DNA from: Lysobacteraceae bacterium
GTDB lineage: Bacteria > Pseudomonadota > Gammaproteobacteria > Xanthomonadales > Xanthomonadaceae
Length of the DNA: 64,000 bases
Direction of reading: 5' to 3'
NCBI GenBank assembly: GCA_036496805.1
Contig: DASXKN010000029.1
Span: 345,451-409,450, forward strand
This document shows positions 9,929 to 20,697 of this stretch, piece after piece. The translations under genes and the position numbers were made by a program. The notes beneath the pieces are model-generated. The model did not search any database, had not been told where the DNA came from, and was given only the letters and a program-made list of their open reading frames with translations. The stretch's first letter is position 1, and each line of letters opens with the position of its first letter.

Positions 9929-10354
9929 TCAGTGGAACCACGACCGCCCGATCGCGAACATCGTGATCAGGGCGATGATCGCCAGCAGGAGCAGCCGCGC
10001 GCGCGTCACCAGCATCGCGCGCGGATCGCGCGTCCGAGCGACCGGCGTACGTATCGACGCGGGCAGGAAGGAATGCGCCGCGCCCGGTTCGGTCGCGCCG
10101 AAGCCGTGGCGGGTGGTTTCGATCAATCCCTGGTCGCGCAGCATCGCGCGCGCCTTGTGCTGGTCCTCGGCCTTGATCACCCACACCTGCGGGATGTTCT
10201 CCGAGTTCGGCGTTTCGCGGTAACTGAAGGGCTGGCGCCGGTTGCCCTTGTACGAGCGGTCGTTGCTGACCTTCACCTCGATGCCGGCATCCTCCAGCAT
10301 CTTCGCGACCGCTTCGACATTTTCCAGGCGCGGGGACGAGAACACGCTGCGCAT
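9929..10354 (-). CDS. DUF2007-like putative signal-transducing protein with C-terminal TM helix
   Basis: ATG at 10352-10354 with AGGAG RBS. Start overlaps the tesB stop (TAATG). Confidence 0.55.
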   Translation of the reverse strand: MRSVFSSPRLENVEAVAKMLEDAGIEVKVSNDRSYKGNRRQPFSYRETPNSENIPQVWVIKAEDQHKARAMLRDQGLIETTRHGFGATEPGAAHSFLPASIRTPVARTRDPRAMLVTRARLLLLAIIALITMFAIGRSWFH

Positions 10355-11304
10355 TACACCGACTCCTTCGCGGGTTGAAGCGACATAGTCCCCTCGTGCG
10401 TATCCGATGAAGGTGCCGTTTCCTTCGCGGGCTGGATCCGCATCAATCCTTCCTGCGCGGTCGAGGCCACCAGCGTTCCCCTGATGTCGTAGATCATCCC
10501 GCGCGCCAGTCCGCGCGCCGACTGCGCGGTCGGGCTGTCGCAGGAATACAGCAGCCATTCGTCGACCCGGAACGGGCGATGGAACCACATCGCATGGTCG
10601 AGGCTCGCCATCAGCACCTTGGGCTGGTAGTAGCTGATGCCGTGCGGGAAGGTGGCGGTGCCGATGAGGTGGAAATCCGAGGCGTAGGCAAGCATCGCGC
10701 GATGCAGCTCCGGCGCGTCGCCGATGCGTTCGGACAGGCGGAACCACACCTGCTGGAACGGCGGCCGCTTGCTGGGATTGAGCTCGTCGCGCGGATAGAC
10801 GTGGCGGAACTGGAACGGCCCGGTGCGATCGAGCCAGCGCTGCATCTTCGGCGAGAGCTTCGCGCGCACGGCCGGATCGATCGGCGGCAGCGGCGGCAGG
10901 TCGTCGGGCGCGGGCACCACCGGCATCGGCAACTGGTGCTCGGCGCCTTCCTCGTGCATCTGGAACGAGGCGGCGACCACGAAGATCGGCTGGCCGTGCT
11001 GGATCGCGGTGACGCGCCGCACCGAGAAGCTGCCGCCGTCGCGGGTGCGGTCCACGGTGTAGACGATCGGATGCTCGATGTCGCCGGCGCGCAGGAAGTA
11101 GGCGTGCAGCGAATGCACCGCGCGATCGTGGTCGACCGTAGCCTGCGCCGCAGACAACGCCTGCCCGAGCACCTGCCCGCCGAACACGTACTTGGTGCCG
11201 ATGTCGCGGCTCTGGCCGCGGAACAGGTTGTCCTCGAGGCGTTCCAGCGAAAGCAGCTGGACGAGTTCGCCGACGGGGCCTTGCGGATCGGAGTCGTAGA
11301 CCAT
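10354..11304 (-). CDS. tesB: acyl-CoA thioesterase II with ~25-aa C-terminal extension
   Basis: Similar to E. coli TesB (LLSLERLEDNLFRGQS...VFGGQVLGQAL...). ATG at 11302-11304. Confidence 0.85.
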   Translation of the reverse strand: MVYDSDPQGPVGELVQLLSLERLEDNLFRGQSRDIGTKYVFGGQVLGQALSAAQATVDHDRAVHSLHAYFLRAGDIEHPIVYTVDRTRDGGSFSVRRVTAIQHGQPIFVVAASFQMHEEGAEHQLPMPVVPAPDDLPPLPPIDPAVRAKLSPKMQRWLDRTGPFQFRHVYPRDELNPSKRPPFQQVWFRLSERIGDAPELHRAMLAYASDFHLIGTATFPHGISYYQPKVLMASLDHAMWFHRPFRVDEWLLYSCDSPTAQSARGLARGMIYDIRGTLVASTAQEGLMRIQPAKETAPSSDTHEGTMSLQPAKESV

Positions 11305-11696
11305 GAAGCAATTGTACCGGTACGGCTGGCGGCCGGTCCGTCGACTCCGGACGCCTGCCGGTCTGGGGTCGCGCTGAAGGCCAGGATCTTCGTCGCGGCA
11401 ACCGGGCGATCCCATCCGCGCCGCCGGGGCAGGGAACCCGAGGCCGTCTCCGCGATGGTCCTCTGTCTGCCAGGCCCGATACCAACGAAGCGCACGCGTG
11501 GAGCGGTTCCCATCACGAGGCGAACCTTTGCGAACTGGAGTAGGGTGATCACGCGCGGTTTGAACAGGGGCCCGGGGACGGGTGGCAAATCGCGATCAGG
11601 CTGATCATCGACCGCGCCGTCGAGGCGCCGAATTGCGCACCGTTTCCTGTGTTTGCTGTCACCGTCCGCGGTGTGCTCAAACGTAAGGAGAACCGC

Positions 11697-14438
11697 ATGT
11701 CCGCTTGCAATCGTCCGCGCGTCGCTCAACTCACGCTGTGCGTTCTGTTCGCATCGGCCGGCCGCAACGCCGTTGCCGGTGACACCGCTTGCCCATCCAC
11801 CTACAGCCTCGCCAGCGGGACATCGGCAATGGCGTGCGGCTACGGGAACAACGTCCAGGGGAACTACAGCAACGGGTTCGGCAACGGCAACAACGTGACA
11901 GGAGCCCACAGCAATGGATTCGGCGGCACCAACCATGTCTACGGCACCTACGACACCGCCATCGGGGACAACAACGTGATCGGCACGGTTGGAACTTCAG
12001 CGAAAGGCAGCAACGCGTTCGGCTACAAGAATCATGCCTACGGCTACGACAGCAACGCGTTCGGAAACGGCAATTCCGCTTCCGGTACCCAGACCAATGC
12101 GTTCGGTTCGCAGAATACTGCCGTTTCCGGGGGCGTCGCGTTCGGCATCTTCAACAAGGCATTTGCCACGGCAAGCGCGGTGGGCAACGGCAACAAGGCC
12201 TACGGCGCCTTCAGCAACGCGTTCGGCGAAGGCAATGCGGTGGGTTCCGCCGCCTCGTACCTCATCTCAAGCAACGCATTTGGCGTCCAGAATGCCGTAA
12301 CGGGTTCCCACGGCAATGCCTTCGGTTCCTCCAATTCGGCCAGCGGCTCCCAGAGCAGCGCGTTTGGTTACGACAACCACGCCGATGGGGAAAACAGCGT
12401 CGCGTTCGGGCATCAAAGCGAGGCGGATGGCAAGTCGAGCGTCGCCGTCGGTGGCGGCCATGCCGTGGGCGACAATAGCGACGCAATGGGTGCCGGGGTT
12501 TACGCCAAGGGCTCCAATAGCTCTGCAATCGGCAGCTACAATGCCGCATACCAAAACTTCGCCAGCGCTGTCGGAAATCAGAACAGGGCGAACTACAAGA
12601 GCAGCGCGTTCGGCTACCACAACACGGCGCTGGGCAGCAGCAGCGTCGCCTTCGGCTTGTTGAACAATGCGGGAGGCAAGTTCACCTACAAGTCCAAGAA
12701 CTATTACGCGGGCGGGGCCACGGCCGTCGGCCGACTCGACCACGCGTACGGAACCAACAGCTCGGCGGTTGGCATGGGAGACACGGCTGGCAAGGAATAT
12801 ATCGCCAGCGCCAAGGTGAAGTTCACCGCCGAGGACAGCGCGTTCGGATATGGCAATTCCGCCATCGGCGGCAAGAGTAGCGCGATCGGCTACAAGGACG
12901 TGATCGCCGGCGCCGGCAGCAGCGGCGTCGGCTACGGCAACAACGTCTATGCCTCGGCGCAGAAGAGCAACGCGGTCGGCGACCACGACAAGGTCGGCAC
13001 CAGCGCGGGCGCGACGAACGCCTATTCGCACGCCAACGCGTTCGGCAGCTACGATACGGCGAGCAACAGCAAGGCCAGCGCCTTCGGCTATGCCAACGGC
13101 GCGAGCGCAACCAAGGCCAGCGCCTTCGGCTACAAGAACGTCGCCAGCGGCAACAACGCCAGCGCCTTCGGCTACAAGAACACCGCCAGTGGCGCCAACT
13201 CCAACGCCTTCGGCCTGAAGAACACGGTGACCGGCGCCTACGCCGAGGCCTTTGGCCAGTCGGACACGGCCTCGGGCATCCGCAGCCTGGCGGCCGGTTC
13301 GCACGACAACGCCAGCGGCGCCAAGGCCAGCGCGTTCGGTTACGCCGATGTCGCGAACTATTCCAAGTCCAGCGCCTTCGGCTATGCCAATACGGCCAGC
13401 GGCCTGAACTCCAGTGCCTTTGGCGCGAACAACACCGCCAGCGGCAAGGGCAGCGCAGCAGTGGGCGTTGGAGCCAACGCCGGCGGCAGCGGCAGCGTGG
13501 CGGTCGGCGGCTGGTTCGATGCGAACAACAACGGCGTGATCAATGCGGGCGAAGCGGCGAGCGCGGCAGGCCAGGAGGCGGTGGCGGTGGGCGCGAGCGC
13601 GTCGGCAGGATTCACGAACGACACGGCGATCGGTGAGGGCGCGACCACCCTCAATGCGAGCGACACGGCGATCGGCGCGGGCGCATCGGTGTCGGCCGGC
13701 GCTACCAATGCGGTGGCCCTGGGCGCAGGTTCGATCGCCGACGCATCGAACACGGTCTCGGTGGGCAGCGCGGGCAACGAACGCCGGATCACGAACGTGG
13801 CCGCGGCGGTCAACGGAACCGATGCGGTGAACCTGACCCAGGCGACAAGCCTGGCCTCGACCCTGGTCGCAGGCGTGCAGGGCACGGCCAGCACGGCGCT
13901 GAGCACGGCCAATGCGGCGTTGAGCGAAGCAAACAGTGCATTGTCGGTGAGCAATGCGCAGGTGAGCGCGCTGGCCGGATCGAACGGCTCGGCGCCGATG
14001 AATTCGGGCGATGCAACGGCGCTGGTGGCCGCCAACGCACACGCCGATGCCGGCGATGCCTCCACACTGGCGTCGGCGAACGCGCACACCGATACCGCGG
14101 TCGCCGGCGCCAACGCCTACACCGATACGCGCGTCAACGCGCTCTCGGACGACTTCAGCGCGTTCCAGTCGACCGTCGACCAGGAGTTCTCGCAGCAGGA
14201 CAAGCGCATCAGTCGCGTCGGCGCGATGGGCGCAGCGTTTTCGGGCATGGCGCAGAACACGGCAGGGCTCGCCGGCGAGAACCGTTTCGGCCTCGGCGTC
14301 GGCGGCCTGAGCGGCCAGGGCGCGGTCGCGGTCGGCTTCCAGCACGCCTTCAACGGCAACCGCGCGAGCTGGTCGGTCGGCGGCGCCTTCAGCAGCGGCG
14401 AGAACAGCGTCAACGCGGGCGTGGGTTTCAGTTGGTGA
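11697..14438 (+). CDS. trimeric autotransporter adhesin (YadA/Hia-like): signal peptide, long Hep_Hag/HIM repeat stalk, YadA-type C-terminal anchor ending in W
   Basis: AAGGAG RBS 7 nt upstream of the ATG at 11697. Dozens of SxAFGxxNxAxGxxS repeats. C-terminal anchor ISRVGAMGAAFSGMAQ...VGFQHAFNGNRASWSVGGAFSSGENSVNAGVGFSW. Confidence 0.85.
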   Translation: MSACNRPRVAQLTLCVLFASAGRNAVAGDTACPSTYSLASGTSAMACGYGNNVQGNYSNGFGNGNNVTGAHSNGFGGTNHVYGTYDTAIGDNNVIGTVGTSAKGSNAFGYKNHAYGYDSNAFGNGNSASGTQTNAFGSQNTAVSGGVAFGIFNKAFATASAVGNGNKAYGAFSNAFGEGNAVGSAASYLISSNAFGVQNAVTGSHGNAFGSSNSASGSQSSAFGYDNHADGENSVAFGHQSEADGKSSVAVGGGHAVGDNSDAMGAGVYAKGSNSSAIGSYNAAYQNFASAVGNQNRANYKSSAFGYHNTALGSSSVAFGLLNNAGGKFTYKSKNYYAGGATAVGRLDHAYGTNSSAVGMGDTAGKEYIASAKVKFTAEDSAFGYGNSAIGGKSSAIGYKDVIAGAGSSGVGYGNNVYASAQKSNAVGDHDKVGTSAGATNAYSHANAFGSYDTASNSKASAFGYANGASATKASAFGYKNVASGNNASAFGYKNTASGANSNAFGLKNTVTGAYAEAFGQSDTASGIRSLAAGSHDNASGAKASAFGYADVANYSKSSAFGYANTASGLNSSAFGANNTASGKGSAAVGVGANAGGSGSVAVGGWFDANNNGVINAGEAASAAGQEAVAVGASASAGFTNDTAIGEGATTLNASDTAIGAGASVSAGATNAVALGAGSIADASNTVSVGSAGNERRITNVAAAVNGTDAVNLTQATSLASTLVAGVQGTASTALSTANAALSEANSALSVSNAQVSALAGSNGSAPMNSGDATALVAANAHADAGDASTLASANAHTDTAVAGANAYTDTRVNALSDDFSAFQSTVDQEFSQQDKRISRVGAMGAAFSGMAQNTAGLAGENRFGLGVGGLSGQGAVAVGFQHAFNGNRASWSVGGAFSSGENSVNAGVGFSW

Positions 14439-14457
14439 GGAATTGCGGTTGATCGGT

Positions 14458-14481
14458 CCTGGTTGGGACCGATCTCCGCCT
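14458..14481. terminator. perfect 9-bp stem hairpin (gatcggtcc-tggttg-ggaccgatc) between convergent adhesin and amidase genes; second hairpin ~14500-14535
   Basis: Inverted repeat read directly from the sequence. No T-tract, so either a terminator or a protective stem-loop. Confidence 0.4.
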
Positions 14482-14543
14482 TGCATCGCGACGGCGCGGC
14501 GAAGAAATTCGTCGCGCCGATGCCGGGTGCGATGCAATGGCGG

Positions 14544-15155
14544 CTATGCAAGCCCGGCTGACAGCGGCAGCATCCGTTGCAGGGGCGTTGCCGCCAGCAC
14601 GCGCTCCCACGGGAACCACGGACCCGGGTCGCGCTTGCGCGCAACGGTTTTCGACGCGTCGTCGCTCGCGGGAACCTGCGCGATGTCGAGGTCTTCGTGG
14701 CCGGCGATCCATTGCAGCTTGGGCAATCGCGCGCGCAACTCACCCAGCAATGCGATCAGTGCGATGACCTGCGCCTCGGTGTAGGGCTCGTCCATCGCCT
14801 GGTGGCGCGAGTCCAGCCAGTCCGGATAGCGGCCGGTGTTGACCAGTTCGATGCCGACCGAACGCGGGTTGCAGCCGCGCACGTGGTGGGCGATGCGTTC
14901 AGGACACACGAATTCGAGGACGCTGCCATCGCGATCGACGTACCAGTGGCCGCTGTTGCCGGTGCCGGAGTTCGCGTGGAGAATCCGTTCGCCGAATTCG
15001 CGGGCCATCGCCAGGTCGGGCAGCTCGGTGCAGTGGATCACCACGAGGTCGATCTGCGCGATCGGACGCGCTTCGAGGCGATCCTCGTAGGACAGGGGCC
15101 AGCGGCGGATCGCGCTGGCTGCGGCGAGGTCGGAAGGCATGCCGCATGCTAGCAT
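14544..15155 (-). CDS. N-acetylmuramoyl-L-alanine amidase (Amidase_2, AmpD-like)
   Basis: Zinc-ligand context VIHCTELPD...GHWYVDRDG...AGHEDLD. Start is ATG at 15153-15155 (alternative at 15140). Confidence 0.75.
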   Translation of the reverse strand: MLACGMPSDLAAASAIRRWPLSYEDRLEARPIAQIDLVVIHCTELPDLAMAREFGERILHANSGTGNSGHWYVDRDGSVLEFVCPERIAHHVRGCNPRSVGIELVNTGRYPDWLDSRHQAMDEPYTEAQVIALIALLGELRARLPKLQWIAGHEDLDIAQVPASDDASKTVARKRDPGPWFPWERVLAATPLQRMLPLSAGLA

Positions 15156-15225
15156 CGCGGCCTTCCGCAACGGGTCCGCGCATGGGCTTGCAGACGAAAT
15201 CGAAGGCCGCCTCCGGAGCGGGGGC

Positions 15226-15743
15226 ATGATCGGCCACGCGATCCTCTCGCACGGGCTGGAAAGCGGTCCGGACGCGACCAAGGTGACGGCGCTGGCCGCA
15301 GCGGCCGAGGCGCTCGGATGGACCACGGAGCGGCCCGACTACCTCGCCTGCGACCGCGCCACCGGCCATGGCCGTTTCGGCGACATCGATGCGCGCATCG
15401 CGATGCTGCGCGAACGCGCGATGGCCGCGCAGGGCCCGCTGGTGCTCGCAGGTTCGAGCCTCGGTGCGTTCATCTCCGCGCTGGTCTCGCGCGATGTCGC
15501 ATGCGCCGGATTGTTCCTGATGGCGCCCCCGCCGTGGATCGAAGGCTATCCTCACCAGCTCGCCGCAGCCACGGTGCCCACGACGATCGTCCACGGCTGG
15601 GACGACGAGCTGATTCCCGCGCAGATCGTGGTCGAGTGGGCGCGTGCGCGCAAGGATCGCCTGATCCTGGTCGATGACGGCCATCGCCTGTCCGACCACG
15701 TCGCCTTCTGCGCCGAACGCTTCGGCGATTTCCTGCGCTCGCT

Positions 15744-15747
<4 letters not shown>
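15226..15747 (+). CDS. alpha/beta hydrolase (YqiA/UPF0227-like esterase)
   Basis: GGAGCGGG RBS 4 nt upstream of the ATG at 15226. Nucleophile elbow GSSLG. Late Asp/His residues complete the catalytic triad (HGWDDE...DDGHRL). Confidence 0.7.
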
Positions 15748-18035
<2,288 letters not shown>

Positions 18036-18131
18036 ATACAGGGAACGCACGCCGGCGCCGGCAGCCATCGGTGAGGCGGGGGCGAATTCTTAACACCAGT
18101 GTCCCGAACGAACAGGCATGATGCGTATCGT

Positions 18132-18758
18132 ATGAACGACCGCGCCGACACGACCGCCGACCGCGCCCACGCCTGGACCTTCTTCCGGCAGTGGCTGAAA
18201 AACCCGATCAAGATGGCCTCGATCACCCCGTCCGGCCAGCAACTGGCCGGGATGATGATGGCCGAACTGCCGACCGGCGCGCGCCGCGTGGTCGAGCTCG
18301 GCGGCGGAACCGGCGTGTTCACCGCGGCGCTGCTCAAGCACGGCATCGCTCCCCAGGACCTGATGGTGGTCGAGCTCAACCCCGAGCTCAGCATCCACCT
18401 GCAGCGGCTGTTCCCGCAGGCGCGGGTGGTGCAGGGCGACGCGCGCGAGCTGGCGCGCATCGCTACCGACAATGGTTTCGCGGAAGGTGGCCCGGTCGAC
18501 GCGATCGTCTCCGGCCTCGGCATGTTGTCGATGCCCAAGACCCTGCAGCGCGACATCGTGGCCGCCGCTTTCGCCTGCATCCGCCCCGGCGGTCATTTCG
18601 TGCAGTTCACCTACGGTCCCGCGGTGCCGATCGCGCAGGACGTGGTCGATGCGCTCGACCTGCAGGCGCGCAAGGGCGCGACCGCATGGCGCAACCTGCC
18701 GCCGGCGACGGTGTACGTGTTCACCCGCAGCGGTGACGCGGTGGGTTCGAAGCGCTAA
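18132..18758 (+). CDS. class I SAM-dependent methyltransferase
   Basis: SAM-binding motif VVELGGGTGVFTAAL. Start is ATG at 18132 (GTG at 18099 is also in frame). Confidence 0.7.
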   Translation: MNDRADTTADRAHAWTFFRQWLKNPIKMASITPSGQQLAGMMMAELPTGARRVVELGGGTGVFTAALLKHGIAPQDLMVVELNPELSIHLQRLFPQARVVQGDARELARIATDNGFAEGGPVDAIVSGLGMLSMPKTLQRDIVAAAFACIRPGGHFVQFTYGPAVPIAQDVVDALDLQARKGATAWRNLPPATVYVFTRSGDAVGSKR

Positions 18759-18862
18759 CCGCGATCCGGTTTTCTTCGCTTTGCCCGGGCGCTTTCCGCT
18801 GGAGTGCCTGGCCGGAACAGGAAAACGCGGGCCTTCATCCGCAGCGATTCATCGTGTGGCCT

Positions 18863-19327
18863 TCATCGCTTGGCCGAGGACGCCGATGCCGGTGGCGTCG
18901 CTGCCGGCGAAGCCGGCGCGGTAGACGCCGCCGATGCAGTCGACGCGGCCGGCGCTGGCGCCTCCATCCGCTTGAGCTCGGTATGGAAGAAGGCCTCGGA
19001 CGTGATCTTCCTGCCGTCGGCGAGTTTGATCTGATAGGCCTCGCCGCTCATCGACGAACCGCTCGCCACGTAGGTGATGAACTGTTCTGCGGTCTTGATC
19101 CGCGATCCGGCGTAGCGCAATTTCTGCCTCAGGTGGTCCGCGGCCTCCTTGCCGTCGTAGCTGGAACCGTTGCGGATGAACTTCGCGCCAGGAAGCACTT
19201 CGATGCTGTGGATCAGCGCATCGATCTTCTGCCGCTCGGTCATCGGTGCCGCATTCGCGAAGGCTGCGATCAGCAGGCTCAGCAACAAGGCCAGCATCAG
19301 GCGACATCCATGTCGTTTCATCATCAT
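18863..19327 (-). CDS. DUF5329-family secreted protein with A/S/T/P-rich C-terminal tail
   Basis: Signal peptide. Sequence ERQKIDALIHSIEVLPGAKFIRNGSSYDGKEAADHLRQKLRYAGSRIKTAEQFI matches the DUF5329 pattern. Confidence 0.6.
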   Translation of the reverse strand: MMMKRHGCRLMLALLLSLLIAAFANAAPMTERQKIDALIHSIEVLPGAKFIRNGSSYDGKEAADHLRQKLRYAGSRIKTAEQFITYVASGSSMSGEAYQIKLADGRKITSEAFFHTELKRMEAPAPAASTASAASTAPASPAATPPASASSAKR

Positions 19328-20637
19328 TTCGCTCCGAGATAGTCCAGGCTCGCCTGCAGCATGCTGCGCATGCCAACCTGAAGCGCGGCTTCATCGAGGA
19401 AGAACTTCGGCGAGTGGTTCGAAGGCGCGTGTTCTGCGTCCTGCCCGACGGGCGTGGATCCGACGAAGAAATACACGCCCGGCACGTCCTTCGAATACCA
19501 GGCGAAATCCTCCGAGGCCATCCAGACGTGCGGTTCGATCACGTGCCCGGCGCCGATCGCGCGCGCGATGCTCGCCTTCACCCGCGCTGCCAGCGCGGGG
19601 TCGTTGACCAGCACCGGATTGCTCGCGCCGACCGGCATCTTCAATTCGGCGGTGGCGCCGTTCGCGCGTGCCACGTTCTCGGCGATCGCACGCAGGTCGT
19701 CGATCGCCTGCTGGCGCATGCCCGCGTCGAAAGTGCGCAGCGTGCCCTGCATCTCCACGCTCTCGGGCACGATGTTGAAGCGCGTGCCGCCGTGGATCGT
19801 GCCGAAGGTCAGCACCACCGGCAGCAGGCCGATGTTGAGCTTGCGGCTGACGATGGTCTGCGCGTCCTCGATGATCTGCGCCGAGGTCACCACCGGATCG
19901 ACGCCGTTCCACGGCATCGCGCCATGGGTCTGGCGGCCGTGCACGACCAGGTCGAAGGTGTCGGAACTGGCCATCGCCGGGCCGGTGCGCACGCCGACGG
20001 TGCCGGTGTTGAGCCAGCTCACCACGTGCATGCCGAACACCGCGTCGGGCTTGAAGTCGCGGAAAAGTCCCTCCTTGAGCATCAGGGTTGCGCCGCCTTC
20101 CTCGCCCGGAGGCGCGCCTTCCTCGGAGGGCTGGAAGACGAACAGCACCTCGCCTGGCAGGTCCTTGCGCATCGCCGCCATCGCGGTGGCGATGCCGAGC
20201 AGGATCGCGGTGTGGCCGTCGTGGCCGCAGGCGTGCATCACGCCGACTTGCTGGCCGTTGAACTGCGAACGCACGGTGGACTTGAAGGGCAGGTCGACTT
20301 CCTCGGTGACCGGCAACGCGTCCATGTCGGCGCGGATCGCCAGCTTCGGCCCGGGCTTGCCGCCTTTCAGCAACGCGACCACGCCGGTATGGGCGATGTC
20401 GGTGCGCACCTCGAGTCCGAGCGCTTTCAACTGCCTGGCTACGATGGCCGAGGTGCGGAACTCGCGGTTGCTCAGCTCCGGATGCTGGTGCAGGTCGCGA
20501 CGCCAGGCGATCACCTGCGGCGCGAGCTTGTCGGTCCACTGCGCAGCCGTATCGCCATCCGCAGCGCGGACGCAAGGAGCCAACCCCGCGCAAACGAGAA
20601 ATCCCGCGAGCGAGGTTGCCCGGATCGATGTCTTCAT
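19324..20637 (-). CDS. M20D-family amidohydrolase (hippurate hydrolase/aminoacylase-like), secreted
   Basis: Signal peptide. Metal-binding motifs MHACGHDGH and GGTRFNIVPE. ATGA overlap with the downstream DUF5329 gene. Confidence 0.8.
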   Translation of the reverse strand: MKTSIRATSLAGFLVCAGLAPCVRAADGDTAAQWTDKLAPQVIAWRRDLHQHPELSNREFRTSAIVARQLKALGLEVRTDIAHTGVVALLKGGKPGPKLAIRADMDALPVTEEVDLPFKSTVRSQFNGQQVGVMHACGHDGHTAILLGIATAMAAMRKDLPGEVLFVFQPSEEGAPPGEEGGATLMLKEGLFRDFKPDAVFGMHVVSWLNTGTVGVRTGPAMASSDTFDLVVHGRQTHGAMPWNGVDPVVTSAQIIEDAQTIVSRKLNIGLLPVVLTFGTIHGGTRFNIVPESVEMQGTLRTFDAGMRQQAIDDLRAIAENVARANGATAELKMPVGASNPVLVNDPALAARVKASIARAIGAGHVIEPHVWMASEDFAWYSKDVPGVYFFVGSTPVGQDAEHAPSNHSPKFFLDEAALQVGMRSMLQASLDYLGAK

Positions 20638-20697
20638 GTCGCGCTGTCCCGAATCGGTGAAGCGCTGAGTCTATCGCGATGCAGCGCAGCTAGCCGA

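Noticed and set aside
18759-18862. Weak hairpin AACCG-CGATC-CGGTT plus a T-run after the methyltransferase stop as an intrinsic terminator
   Set aside because: Stem of only 5 bp and an interrupted T-tract; too weak to call.
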